Counted from the first letter of the stretch, positions 35,165 through 43,189 are shown. The stretch is 64,000 bases of DNA from Oscillospiraceae bacterium (GCA_902795195.1 CADBKF010000008.1:17677-81676); one strand, 5' to 3'. Made by a program: numbers and translations. The notes: generated by a model from the letters alone, not told the origin.

Positions 35165-36646
35165 ATGAAGGCGTTTATGGATCGAGATTTTTTGCTGCAA
35201 AGCAGCACGGCGCAGCGGCTGTACCACGAGGCCGCAGCCGGCTGCCCCATCATTGACTACCACTGCCACCTGAGCGCGCAGGAGATTTATGAGGACCGGC
35301 GCTTTGAGAACATCACGCAGGTCTGGCTGGGCGGCGACCACTACAAGTGGCGGCTCATGCGGAGCTTCGGCGTCGATGAGCGCAGGATCACCGGCGATAG
35401 CTCCGACCGCGAGAAGTTCCAGGCCTGGGCCGAGACCCTGGCGCTGGCGATCGGCAACCCCCTGTATCACTGGAGCCACCTGGAGCTGCGCAACTATTTC
35501 GGCTTTGAGGGCACGCTGAACGGCGAGACCGCCGAGGCCGTCTGGCAGCTGTGCAACGTGAAGCTGGCCCGGCCCGAGTTCTCCGCCCGGAGCCTGATTC
35601 AGCGCTCGAACGTCGAGGTCATCTGCACGACCGACGACCCGGCGGATTCGCTGGAATGGCACGAGAAGCTCGCCCGAGTCTGTCATTCTGAGCAAAGCGA
35701 AGAATCTCATGCTGAGTCTGGGACAGATTCTTCGGCGCAAGCGCCTCAGAATGACAATGCGGAAGGCTTTTCCGTCAAGGTGCGGCCGAGCTTCCGCCCG
35801 GACAAGGCGATCTGCCTTGAAAAGGCGGACTATGCCGCCTATCTGGAAACGCTCGGCGCTGCAGCCGGCTGCAAGATCGACTCCTTCGCCTCTCTCTGCA
35901 AGGCCCTGGCACAGCGGGCGGACTTCTTTGACCGCCTGGGCTGCCGCGTGTCGGACCACGGCCTGGCGGCGGTGCCCTACGCTGAGGCAGACGCCGACAC
36001 CGTGGAGGCCATCTTCCAAAAGCGCCTGGCAGGCGAGGCCCTGTCCGTACTCGAGCTCGCGCAGTTCAAAACCGCGCTGCTCGTGTTCCTCGGCCGCATC
36101 TACGCCGAGAAAGGCTGGGTCATGCAGCTGCACTTCGGCGTCATCCGCGACAATTCCAAGCGCGTCTTCCGCGCCCTGGGCCCGGACGCCGGCATCGACT
36201 CCATCGGCGACGCGGCCTCGATCCAGGATCTGGCCTGCTTCCTCAACGCGCTCGACGAAACCGATCAGCTGCCCCGGACCATCCTCTACTCCCTGAACCC
36301 CAACGACAACGCGGCGCTGGGCACGGTCATGGGCTGCTTCCAGCAGGGCGGCATCCCCGGCAAGCTGCAGCTCGGCAGCGCCTGGTGGTTCAACGACCAC
36401 CGGCCCGGCATGGAGGCCCAGCTCACCGCGCTGGCAAGCCTCGGCCACCTGGCGACCTTCGTCGGCATGCTGACCGACTCCCGCTCCTTCCTCAGCTACG
36501 CCCGGCACGAATATTTCCGCCGCATCCTCTGCAACCTGCTCGGCACCTGGGTGGAAAACGGCGAATATCCCGCCGACATGGCCGCCCTGACCACGATCGT
36601 GCGCGGCATCTGCCACGACAACGCCGCCCGCTATTTCGCATTCTGA
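35165..36646 (+). CDS. uxaC: glucuronate isomerase carrying an in-frame ~28-codon palindromic-element insertion
   Basis: DYHCHL, GDHYKWR, GNPLYHWSHLELR, MLTDSRSFLSYARHEYFRRILC are all UxaC hallmarks. 493 aa against the ~470 aa I remember for the family. Confidence 0.9.
   Translation: MKAFMDRDFLLQSSTAQRLYHEAAAGCPIIDYHCHLSAQEIYEDRRFENITQVWLGGDHYKWRLMRSFGVDERRITGDSSDREKFQAWAETLALAIGNPLYHWSHLELRNYFGFEGTLNGETAEAVWQLCNVKLARPEFSARSLIQRSNVEVICTTDDPADSLEWHEKLARVCHSEQSEESHAESGTDSSAQAPQNDNAEGFSVKVRPSFRPDKAICLEKADYAAYLETLGAAAGCKIDSFASLCKALAQRADFFDRLGCRVSDHGLAAVPYAEADADTVEAIFQKRLAGEALSVLELAQFKTALLVFLGRIYAEKGWVMQLHFGVIRDNSKRVFRALGPDAGIDSIGDAASIQDLACFLNALDETDQLPRTILYSLNPNDNAALGTVMGCFQQGGIPGKLQLGSAWWFNDHRPGMEAQLTALASLGHLATFVGMLTDSRSFLSYARHEYFRRILCNLLGTWVENGEYPADMAALTTIVRGICHDNAARYFAF
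35682..35755. repeat. nested-palindrome element GTCATTCTGAG...GAAGAATCT / AGATTCTTC...CTCAGAATGAC inside uxaC
   Basis: An 11-bp outer arm pair and a 9-bp inner arm pair, read directly. Translates as CHSEQSEESHAESGTDSSAQAPQND. Confidence 0.85.
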
Positions 36647-36655
36647 ATAAGCGCA

Positions 36656-36690
36656 AAAACGCCCGATTCCGACGAATCGGGCGTTTTTCG
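36656..36690 (+). terminator. rho-independent terminator after uxaC
   Basis: AAAAACGCCCGATTC-CGAC-GAATCGGGCGTTTTT. Confidence 0.8.
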
Positions 36691-36711
36691 CTTTACCTCG
36701 GGTGTTTTTTG

Positions 36712-36720
36712 TGCTACAAT
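36712..36720 (+). promoter_or_regulatory. extended -10 element (TGcTACAAT) upstream of the second AraC gene
   Basis: TG at 36712..36713, TACAAT at 36715..36720, about 33 nt upstream of ATG 36753. Confidence 0.4.
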
Positions 36721-36752
36721 GGCAGAAAGCACACTGCAAGGGAGGACAGTTC

Positions 36753-37703
36753 ATGGACAGCAGCATCCTCAATCGCCTGGCTGAGATCACGCCCGAGGAG
36801 CAGGCCATTTTATCCGGCACGCGGCGGGTCGACCGCTCGATCTACATGGACGGCAGCCGCGACGTCGTCACCGGCGACAAGCTGCTCGACCCGGGCAAGC
36901 AGATCACGATCCGGCCGCACACCCGCTTTGTGGCCTTCCCGACCCACACGCACGACTATGTGGAGCTGGTCTACATGTGCCAGGGCAGCACCACCCACAC
37001 CGTCAACGGCGAGCGCATCGTGCTGCGCGCCGGTGAGATCCTCATGCTCGGTCAGAACGCCACGCAGGCCATCGAGCCCGCCGGCACGGAAGATCTGGCG
37101 GTCAACTTCATCGTCCGGCCCTCGTTTTTTTCGAGCGTCCTGCCCTATCTGGGCGAGCAGCAGACGCCCCTGCACCGCTTCATCCTCTCATGCCTGACCG
37201 GCGAGGCGGAGACCGGTTGGCTGCTCTTCCGCGCCGCGGAAATCCTGCCGATCCAGAACCTGGTGGAGAACCTGCTCTGGACCCTGATGCGCGACACGCC
37301 CAACAAGCGCGGCATCCATCAGCTGACCGTGGGCCTGCTGTTTGCGGAGCTGCTCAACCACACCGAGACGCTGCAGTTTTCCTCCCGGGAGCAGACGCTG
37401 CTCATCACGGTGCTGCGCTACATCGAGGAGCACTATTCTGACGGCTCGCTGCAGCAGGTCGCAGACCAAACCCACTACACTCTGCCGGCCCTGTCGCGGC
37501 TGATCCGGCAGAAGACCGGCAAGACCTACACCGAGCTCGTGCAGGAAAAGCGCATGTCCCAGGCGGCATGGCTGCTGCGCAACACCGACCGCCGGGTGGA
37601 CGAGATCGCAAGGCTCGTCGGTTATGAGAACGTGAGCTATTTCCATCGCCTGTTCGCCTCGGTGTTCGGGCAGTCGCCGAAGCATTTCCGGGACTGCAAA
37701 TAA
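36753..37703 (+). CDS. AraC-family regulator (cupin + HTH), likely regulator of the downstream rha-type operon
   Basis: Start trimmed to ATG 36753 (GGGAGGAC at 36740..36747). Cupin HTHDYVELVYMCQG, HTH YENVSYFHRLFASVFGQSPKHF. Confidence 0.8.
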   Translation: MDSSILNRLAEITPEEQAILSGTRRVDRSIYMDGSRDVVTGDKLLDPGKQITIRPHTRFVAFPTHTHDYVELVYMCQGSTTHTVNGERIVLRAGEILMLGQNATQAIEPAGTEDLAVNFIVRPSFFSSVLPYLGEQQTPLHRFILSCLTGEAETGWLLFRAAEILPIQNLVENLLWTLMRDTPNKRGIHQLTVGLLFAELLNHTETLQFSSREQTLLITVLRYIEEHYSDGSLQQVADQTHYTLPALSRLIRQKTGKTYTELVQEKRMSQAAWLLRNTDRRVDEIARLVGYENVSYFHRLFASVFGQSPKHFRDCK

Positions 37704-37730
37704 GGACACTTTTTTGCGCAAAAAACGATA

Positions 37731-37759
37731 TTGCATCCGCCCCCTGCTTCTGGTATGAT
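37731..37759 (+). promoter_or_regulatory. candidate rhaB promoter
   Basis: TTGCAT (37731..37736), 17 nt, TATGAT (37754..37759) preceded by TG. Confidence 0.5.
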
Positions 37760-37785
37760 AGCTTCAGAAACAGGGGGCGTTTTTT

Positions 37786-39084
37786 ATGAAATATTACCTT
37801 GCAATCGACATCGGCGCATCCTCGGGCCGGCACATCGTGGGCTGGACGGAGGATGGCGCGCTCAAAACCGAAGAGCTCTACCGCTTCCCCAACGGGGTGC
37901 AGTCGCAGGACGGGCACCTGATCTGGGACATCGAGGCGCTGCTTTCCCACGTGAAGGCCGGCATCGACGCGGCGCTCGAACAATTCCCGCAGATCGAGAG
38001 CCTGTCCATCGACACCTGGGGCTGCGACTACGTGCTGCTGCGCGGCGACGAGGCCGTCCTGCCCTGCTATGCCTACCGCGACGGGCGCACCGAGGAAGTG
38101 ATCCCGGCGGTGCACCGGAAGATGCCGTTTTTCGAGCTCTACGCGCACACCGGCTGCCAGTTCCAGCCCTTCAACACGGTCTACCAGCTCTGCGCCGATC
38201 TGGCGACGGGCCGGCTCGAGGGCGCGACGGACTTCCTGATGGTGCCGGAGTATCTCATGTACCGGCTCACCGGCGTGAAGTCCAAGGAGTACACCAACGC
38301 CACCACGACCGGGCTCGTCAACGCCCGCACCTACGAGTATGACCGCGAGATCATCTCCCGCCTGGGTCTGCCGGCGCAGCTCTTCCCCGCGCTGCAGCAG
38401 CCGGGCACCGAGATCGGCAGCTACAAGGGCATCCGCGTGCTGCTCTGCCCCACCCACGACACCGCCTCGGCGGTCGAGGGCATTGATTTTGCAGCAGACA
38501 AGCCCATGCAAGGCGCGTCCCTGCAGGCTGTTCCCTACATCTCCTCCGGCACCTGGTCGCTGCTGGGTCTGCGCACGCCGGTGGCGCTCACCGATGAGCG
38601 CAGCCAGGCCGGCAACTGGTCCAATGAGGGCGGCGTTGGCTACAACCGCTACCAGAAGAACATCATGGGCATGTGGCTGGTCAACCGCCTGCGCGACGAG
38701 CTCTGTCCGGGCAAGCCCTTCCCCGAGATCGTGGCGCTGGCCAAGCAAAGCCGCTTCGACGGCCTGGTCAATGCCGACGGCGAGAGCTTCCTGGCGCCCG
38801 AGCGCATGAAGGACGCCTTCGACGAGGCGCTGGAGCAGCAGCCCGAGACCATGGGCGACTATTTCCGCTGCGCCTACCGCAGCCTGGCGCTCAGCTACAA
38901 GAACGCGCTCGACGAGCTTGAGCGCAACACCGGCAGAAAATTCGACCGTCTTGTCATCGTCGGCGGCGGCGCGAAAAACCAGTTTTTGAACGACCTCACC
39001 GCGCATTTCACCGCAAAGCAAGTCATCGCCCTGCCCGTCGAGGCCACGGCCTTGGGCAATCTGAAAATTCAAATGAACGCATAA
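37786..39084 (+). CDS. rhaB: rhamnulokinase (FGGY family)
   Basis: YLAIDIGASSGRHIVG, SIDTWGCDYVLL, YAYRDGRT, FQPFNTVYQL parallel the E. coli RhaB blocks as I remember them. Confidence 0.8.
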   Translation: MKYYLAIDIGASSGRHIVGWTEDGALKTEELYRFPNGVQSQDGHLIWDIEALLSHVKAGIDAALEQFPQIESLSIDTWGCDYVLLRGDEAVLPCYAYRDGRTEEVIPAVHRKMPFFELYAHTGCQFQPFNTVYQLCADLATGRLEGATDFLMVPEYLMYRLTGVKSKEYTNATTTGLVNARTYEYDREIISRLGLPAQLFPALQQPGTEIGSYKGIRVLLCPTHDTASAVEGIDFAADKPMQGASLQAVPYISSGTWSLLGLRTPVALTDERSQAGNWSNEGGVGYNRYQKNIMGMWLVNRLRDELCPGKPFPEIVALAKQSRFDGLVNADGESFLAPERMKDAFDEALEQQPETMGDYFRCAYRSLALSYKNALDELERNTGRKFDRLVIVGGGAKNQFLNDLTAHFTAKQVIALPVEATALGNLKIQMNA

Positions 39085-39088
39085 TTCT

Positions 39089-39166
39089 GTAGGGGGCGGC
39101 GTCCTCGACGCCCCGAATATTCCAGTCTTCTGACAATCGCGGGGCGTCGAGGACGCCGCCCCCTAC
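39089..39166. repeat. nested-palindrome (REP-like) element, copy 1
   Basis: 27-nt arms GTAGGGGGCGGCGTCCTCGACGCCCCG (39089..39115) and the exact reverse complement (39140..39166), with a 24-nt spacer. Each arm contains its own hairpin GGCGTC-CTC-GACGCC. Confidence 0.9.
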
Positions 39167-39186
39167 ACAATCAACGGAGGGAAAAC

Positions 39187-40608
39187 ATGTTAGTCAACAC
39201 CACTGCCCGCGTCGGCGTATTCGCCATCGCTCTGGGGGCATATCTGCCCCAGTTCCCGTCCCTGGTGCCTGAGTTCGAGGCCCAGTACGCAGACTTCAAG
39301 ACCCGCATCCCCGCCTCTGTCGAGCTGATCGACGGCGGCATCGTCACCACGAAGGAAAAGGCCATGGAGGCCGGCGACAAGTTCCGCGCCGCCGACGTCG
39401 ACCTTGTAATCCTCCAGCTTCTGACCTACGCGACCTCCTACAACATGCTGCCCGCGGTGCGGGATCTGGATGTGCCGGTGCTGCTGGTGAACCTCCAGAA
39501 GAAAAAGGCCCCGGATTACGCCAACACCGACACCGCCACGTGGCTGGGCGAGCTCTACGCCTGCGGCGCGGTGGGCGAGATGGTGGCAGACCTCGAGCGT
39601 GCCGGCAAGCGTCACGCGGTCCTCACCGGCGTGGTCGAGGGCGGCGATCCCCATGTGGACGCCGAGATCGCCGACTGGTGCCGCGCCGCGCAGGTGCGCA
39701 GGCGTTTCCGCGACACGAATCTGGCCCAGATCGGCCGGCCCTACCCCGGCATGATGGACCTGTACATCGACGAGACCAACCTCTACCACAGAATGTGGCT
39801 CTACACCAAGCAGTTCGACTGGGAAAAGATGTGGGCCATCGCCGACGACATCACGGACGAATCCGCCATCCGCGCCAAGGCCGAGGATATCCTGGACACC
39901 TTCGAGATTGAGGGCGGCGCAACGGTCGAGACCGTGTGGGATATGGCGAAATATGTCGTGGCCTTCGAGCAGTGGGTCAGAGACGAGAAGCTGGGCTTCG
40001 TGGCCTCCCACTACGACGGCTTTGCCCAGGGCGTGGCCGGCAAGCTCGACTCCATGCTGATCCCCGCCTTCTCGATGCTCATCAAGCAGGGCACCGCCTG
40101 CGCGGTCGAGGGCGACATCAAGGTCGCGATGGCGATGAGCATCCTCAAGACGATCTCCGGCATGGGCCAGCTCTCTGAAATGTACTCCATCGACTTCGAC
40201 GAGGACATCTGCATCATCGGCCACTCCGGCTCCGGCGACGCCGATATTTCCAAGGCCAAGAAGCCCACGATGAAGATCGTGCCCGTCTTCCACGGCAAGA
40301 CCGGCGGCGGCTATCTGACCCAGTTCTACCCCGCGCCCGGCCCCGTGACCTACCTCGGCATCACCCAGGACCGCGACGGCCGCTTCAAGTTCGTTGTGGC
40401 CGAGGGCGTGAACGAGGAAGGCCCCATCTTCACCTTCGGCGACACCAACATGCGCACCCGCTTTGCCTGCAGCGCCAGAGAGTTCTGCGACAGATGGAGC
40501 GAGGCCGGCCCCACCCACCACATGGCGGCGGCCTCCGGCCGCTGGATCGACACGATCCTGAAGGTCTCCAAGATCTTCAACGTGCCGGTCGATATCATTA
40601 CGAGATAA
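39187..40608 (+). CDS. L-arabinose/L-fucose-isomerase-superfamily sugar isomerase (putative non-RhaA L-rhamnose isomerase)
   Basis: 473 aa. Blocks ACAVEGDIKVAMAMSILK, LSEMYSIDFD...IIGHSGSGD and GPTHHMAA align in my reading with the AraA catalytic Glu/His blocks. No resemblance to RhaA. Confidence 0.65.
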   Translation: MLVNTTARVGVFAIALGAYLPQFPSLVPEFEAQYADFKTRIPASVELIDGGIVTTKEKAMEAGDKFRAADVDLVILQLLTYATSYNMLPAVRDLDVPVLLVNLQKKKAPDYANTDTATWLGELYACGAVGEMVADLERAGKRHAVLTGVVEGGDPHVDAEIADWCRAAQVRRRFRDTNLAQIGRPYPGMMDLYIDETNLYHRMWLYTKQFDWEKMWAIADDITDESAIRAKAEDILDTFEIEGGATVETVWDMAKYVVAFEQWVRDEKLGFVASHYDGFAQGVAGKLDSMLIPAFSMLIKQGTACAVEGDIKVAMAMSILKTISGMGQLSEMYSIDFDEDICIIGHSGSGDADISKAKKPTMKIVPVFHGKTGGGYLTQFYPAPGPVTYLGITQDRDGRFKFVVAEGVNEEGPIFTFGDTNMRTRFACSAREFCDRWSEAGPTHHMAAASGRWIDTILKVSKIFNVPVDIITR

Positions 40609-40618
40609 CGAAATAATC

Positions 40619-40698
40619 CGTAGGGGGCGGCGTCCTCGACGCCCCGAACCTTTCCACATACAAAGACCTGCGGGGCGTCGAGGACGCCGCCCCCTACG
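40619..40698. repeat. nested-palindrome (REP-like) element, copy 2
   Basis: Same 27-nt arms as copy 1, extended by one bp (40619..40646 and 40671..40698), again with a 24-nt spacer of different sequence. Confidence 0.9.
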
Positions 40699-40714
40699 AT
40701 TTGGAGGAACAACC

Positions 40715-41527
40715 ATGAAAGACATTTTAACTGCCCCTTATGTCATTGAGCTCGTCCGCACCCTCACCAACATGTACGCCCACGGCTGGGATGAGCGCAA
40801 CGGCGGCAACGTGTCCGTGCTGCTGGACGAGGCCGCGCTGGCCGATTATCTGGATCTCAAGGCCGTCATCCGCACCATCCCCACCGGCTTCGAGGCCCCC
40901 GAGCTGGAGGGCAAATACTTCCTCGTCACCGGCACCGGCAAGTATTTCAAGAACGTGCAGTATGACCCGGCTGCCAACCTGGGCATCGTCCGTCTGATCG
41001 ACGGCGGCCGCACCGCGGAGCTGCTCTGGGGCTACACCGACGGCGGCAAGTTCACCTCCGAGTTCCCGGCCCACATGATGAGCCACGTGGCCCGCCTGAA
41101 GGTCGACCCCGAAAACCGCATCGTGATGCACTGCCACCCCGCCAACCTGCTGGCCATGACCTATGTGCATGACCTGGACGAGATCAAGTTCACCCGCACG
41201 CTGTGGCAGATGTGCACCGAGTGCATCGTGGTCTTCCCCGACGGCGTGAACGTGCTGCCCTGGATGCTCTGCGGCACCAACGAGATCGGCGAGGCCACTG
41301 CAAAGAAGATGGAGACCGCCCGCCTGGTCGTCTGGTCCCAGCACGGCATCTACGGCGCGGGCAAGGATCTTGACGAGACCTTCGGCCTCATTGAGACCGC
41401 CGAGAAGGCCGCCGAGATCTACATGAAGATCGCCCACCTGCCGCTGGTCAATACGATCTCCGACGAGGCCATGCACCAGCTTGAGGCCCGCTTCGGCGTC
41501 AAGGCCAGAGACGGCTATCTGAGCTGA
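40715..41527 (+). CDS. rhaD: rhamnulose-1-phosphate aldolase (class II aldolase)
   Basis: GWDERNGGNVSVLL, FLVTGTGKYFKNVQYDPAANLGIV, MHCHPANLLAMTYV, ECIVVFPDGVNVLPWM, ETFGLIETAEKAAE closely parallel E. coli RhaD. Confidence 0.85.
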   Translation: MKDILTAPYVIELVRTLTNMYAHGWDERNGGNVSVLLDEAALADYLDLKAVIRTIPTGFEAPELEGKYFLVTGTGKYFKNVQYDPAANLGIVRLIDGGRTAELLWGYTDGGKFTSEFPAHMMSHVARLKVDPENRIVMHCHPANLLAMTYVHDLDEIKFTRTLWQMCTECIVVFPDGVNVLPWMLCGTNEIGEATAKKMETARLVVWSQHGIYGAGKDLDETFGLIETAEKAAEIYMKIAHLPLVNTISDEAMHQLEARFGVKARDGYLS

Positions 41528-41537
41528 ACCATAAAAA

Positions 41538-41579
41538 ACAATTCCGGCGGCGCATTCTGCCCGCCGGAATTGTCTTTTC
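41538..41579 (+). terminator. rho-independent terminator after rhaD
   Basis: ACAATTCCGGCGG-loop-CCGCCGGAATTGT CTTTT. Confidence 0.8.
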
Positions 41580-41646
41580 CCGCCCGGATTGCGAGGCTTG
41601 ACAGGCGGGCCGAAACATGGTACGATCCGCACAGGAGACGGATGCT

Positions 41647-42966
41647 ATGAAACACAAACTCGATCTTCGACAATGGAATATTCCCTACATCGGCCAGCGG
41701 ATCATGAAGACGACCGTGGCGGTGTTTTTGTGTCTGCTGGCCTATCTGCTGCTGGGCTACCGCGGCAGCACGATCCCCACCGAGGCTGCCATCACCGCGA
41801 TCATCTGCATGCAGCCCTTCGTCAGCCGCACCAAGCAGTATGCCATCACCCGCACGATCGGCACGCTGATCGGCTCGTTCTGGGGGCTTCTGACGCTGGT
41901 GCTGCTCTATTCGGTGCCGGCCATCGGCCAGTGGCTGCCGCTGCCGCATCTGTGCATGGCCATCGGTGTGATGCTCTCGCTCTACAGCGCGAATCTGCTG
42001 CACCGGACCGAGGCTGCCAGCCAGGCCGCCATCGTCTTTTTGTGCATCGTCATCGCCTTTCCGGAGGTGGACGCGCCGCTGCAGCGGGCCGGCCTGCGCA
42101 TCGCGGACGTCTTTCTCGGCACGCTGATCGCGATCGCGGTCAACACCTTCCGCCTGCCGCGCAGAAAGCAGCCGGACACGGTTTACTTTGTGCGCACGCG
42201 GGACCTTGTGCCCGACCGCTTCTCGCAGATTACGCCCACGGTGCTCTTCCGGCTCAACCGGTTGTATGAGGACGGGGCAAAGATCTGCCTGGTCAGCGAG
42301 CACGCGCCCGCCTTCTTCACCCAGCAGATGAACGCGGTCAAGATGAACGTGCCGCTGATCGTCATGGACGGCGCCGCGATTTTTGACGAAAACAAGAACT
42401 GCTTTTTGAAGGAGAACACCATCGCCAAGGCCGACTCCGCCCGGGTGCGCAACCAGCTCGACACCCTGGGGCTGAGCTACTTTATCTACACCATCCACCG
42501 TGACAAGACCTGCATTTTCCACCGCGGACGCTACCGCCCGGAGGAAAATCTGCTCATCGACCGCATGAAGCGCTCGCCCTACCGCAACTATCTCGAGGGC
42601 GAGATCTACGAGGCGGCGGAGATCGTCTATTTCAAGATCATCGCGCAGACCGCCGAGGTGCAGGAGCTTGAGGAGGACGTGCGCAGCGTGCTGCCGACGC
42701 AGAAATACCGCATCGTGACCAAACCCCAGGCCGGCGCCGAGGGGCTGAGCGGCATCTATATCTACGCCGAAGGCTCGAACCCCGAGACGGCAAAGGCCGA
42801 GCTCATGAAGCTGCTGCGCCAGCAGGACCCCCAGCTCAAGCCGCTGAACATGACGCTCAAAACCGGCTACCGCACCGAGCACGACGCCATCCGCCTGCTG
42901 CACAGCATCGAAAGCCACTTTGAGCCGGTCATCTTCCGTAAACGCAGGAGTGCAGCGAGGAGTTAG
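41647..42966 (+). CDS. FUSC/ArAE-like membrane domain fused to a Cof/HAD-like domain lacking the DxD nucleophile motif
   Basis: Start trimmed to ATG 41647. N-terminal ~170 aa with 4-5 TM (RIMKTTVAVFLCLLAYLL...). The C-terminal ~270 aa is HAD-IIB-like, but the position of motif I reads FVRTRDLV. Confidence 0.6.
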   Translation: MKHKLDLRQWNIPYIGQRIMKTTVAVFLCLLAYLLLGYRGSTIPTEAAITAIICMQPFVSRTKQYAITRTIGTLIGSFWGLLTLVLLYSVPAIGQWLPLPHLCMAIGVMLSLYSANLLHRTEAASQAAIVFLCIVIAFPEVDAPLQRAGLRIADVFLGTLIAIAVNTFRLPRRKQPDTVYFVRTRDLVPDRFSQITPTVLFRLNRLYEDGAKICLVSEHAPAFFTQQMNAVKMNVPLIVMDGAAIFDENKNCFLKENTIAKADSARVRNQLDTLGLSYFIYTIHRDKTCIFHRGRYRPEENLLIDRMKRSPYRNYLEGEIYEAAEIVYFKIIAQTAEVQELEEDVRSVLPTQKYRIVTKPQAGAEGLSGIYIYAEGSNPETAKAELMKLLRQQDPQLKPLNMTLKTGYRTEHDAIRLLHSIESHFEPVIFRKRRSAARS

Positions 42967-43065
42967 GGGTCAGGGGTCAGGGGCCAGGAGTCAGTGGACA
43001 GTTGAAAGTGGAAAGTGGAAAGATGTTCCATTCCCTCCTCGTTCCTCACTGACCACTAACCACTC
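42963..43065. repeat. array of ~15 in-phase heptanucleotides whose motif drifts (TCAGGGG -> TCAGTGG -> AAAGTGG -> TTCCATT -> CACTGAC/CACTAAC)
   Basis: Read directly. The phase is kept across the whole 103 nt. The left and right thirds are roughly reverse-complementary. Confidence 0.85.
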
Positions 43066-43130
43066 AAAAAAAAGGGCAAAGCACCAACGCGCCTGCCGGA
43101 GGCAGCTGCGTTGATGCTTTGCCCTTTTTA
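43066..43130. terminator. long bidirectional terminator hairpin
   Basis: A8-GGGCAAAGCA...TGCTTTGCCC-T5, with an inner helix CAACGC-CTGCC-GGA-GGCAG-TGCGTTG. Confidence 0.75.
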
Positions 43131-43189
43131 TATTCGGAACGCCGCCCTGAAAATCGTCGTCCGGAGAAATGTCGTCCGGAAAAACGCCG

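Noticed and set aside
37738-37785. Intrinsic terminator or attenuator immediately upstream of rhaB (CGCCCCCTG...CAGGGGGCG followed by T6)
   Set aside because: The left arm lies inside the spacer of the best promoter candidate, so it would not be transcribed from that promoter. I kept it as an open question in the findings rather than annotating a terminator.
42963-43031. 22-codon ORF MEHLSTFHFQLSTDSWPLTPDP on the minus strand inside the heptad array, preceded by GAGGAGGG
   Set aside because: The Shine-Dalgarno-like run ends only 1-2 nt before the ATG, which is too close. The peptide is merely the heptad repeat read in one frame, and no promoter is visible because it follows a terminator.
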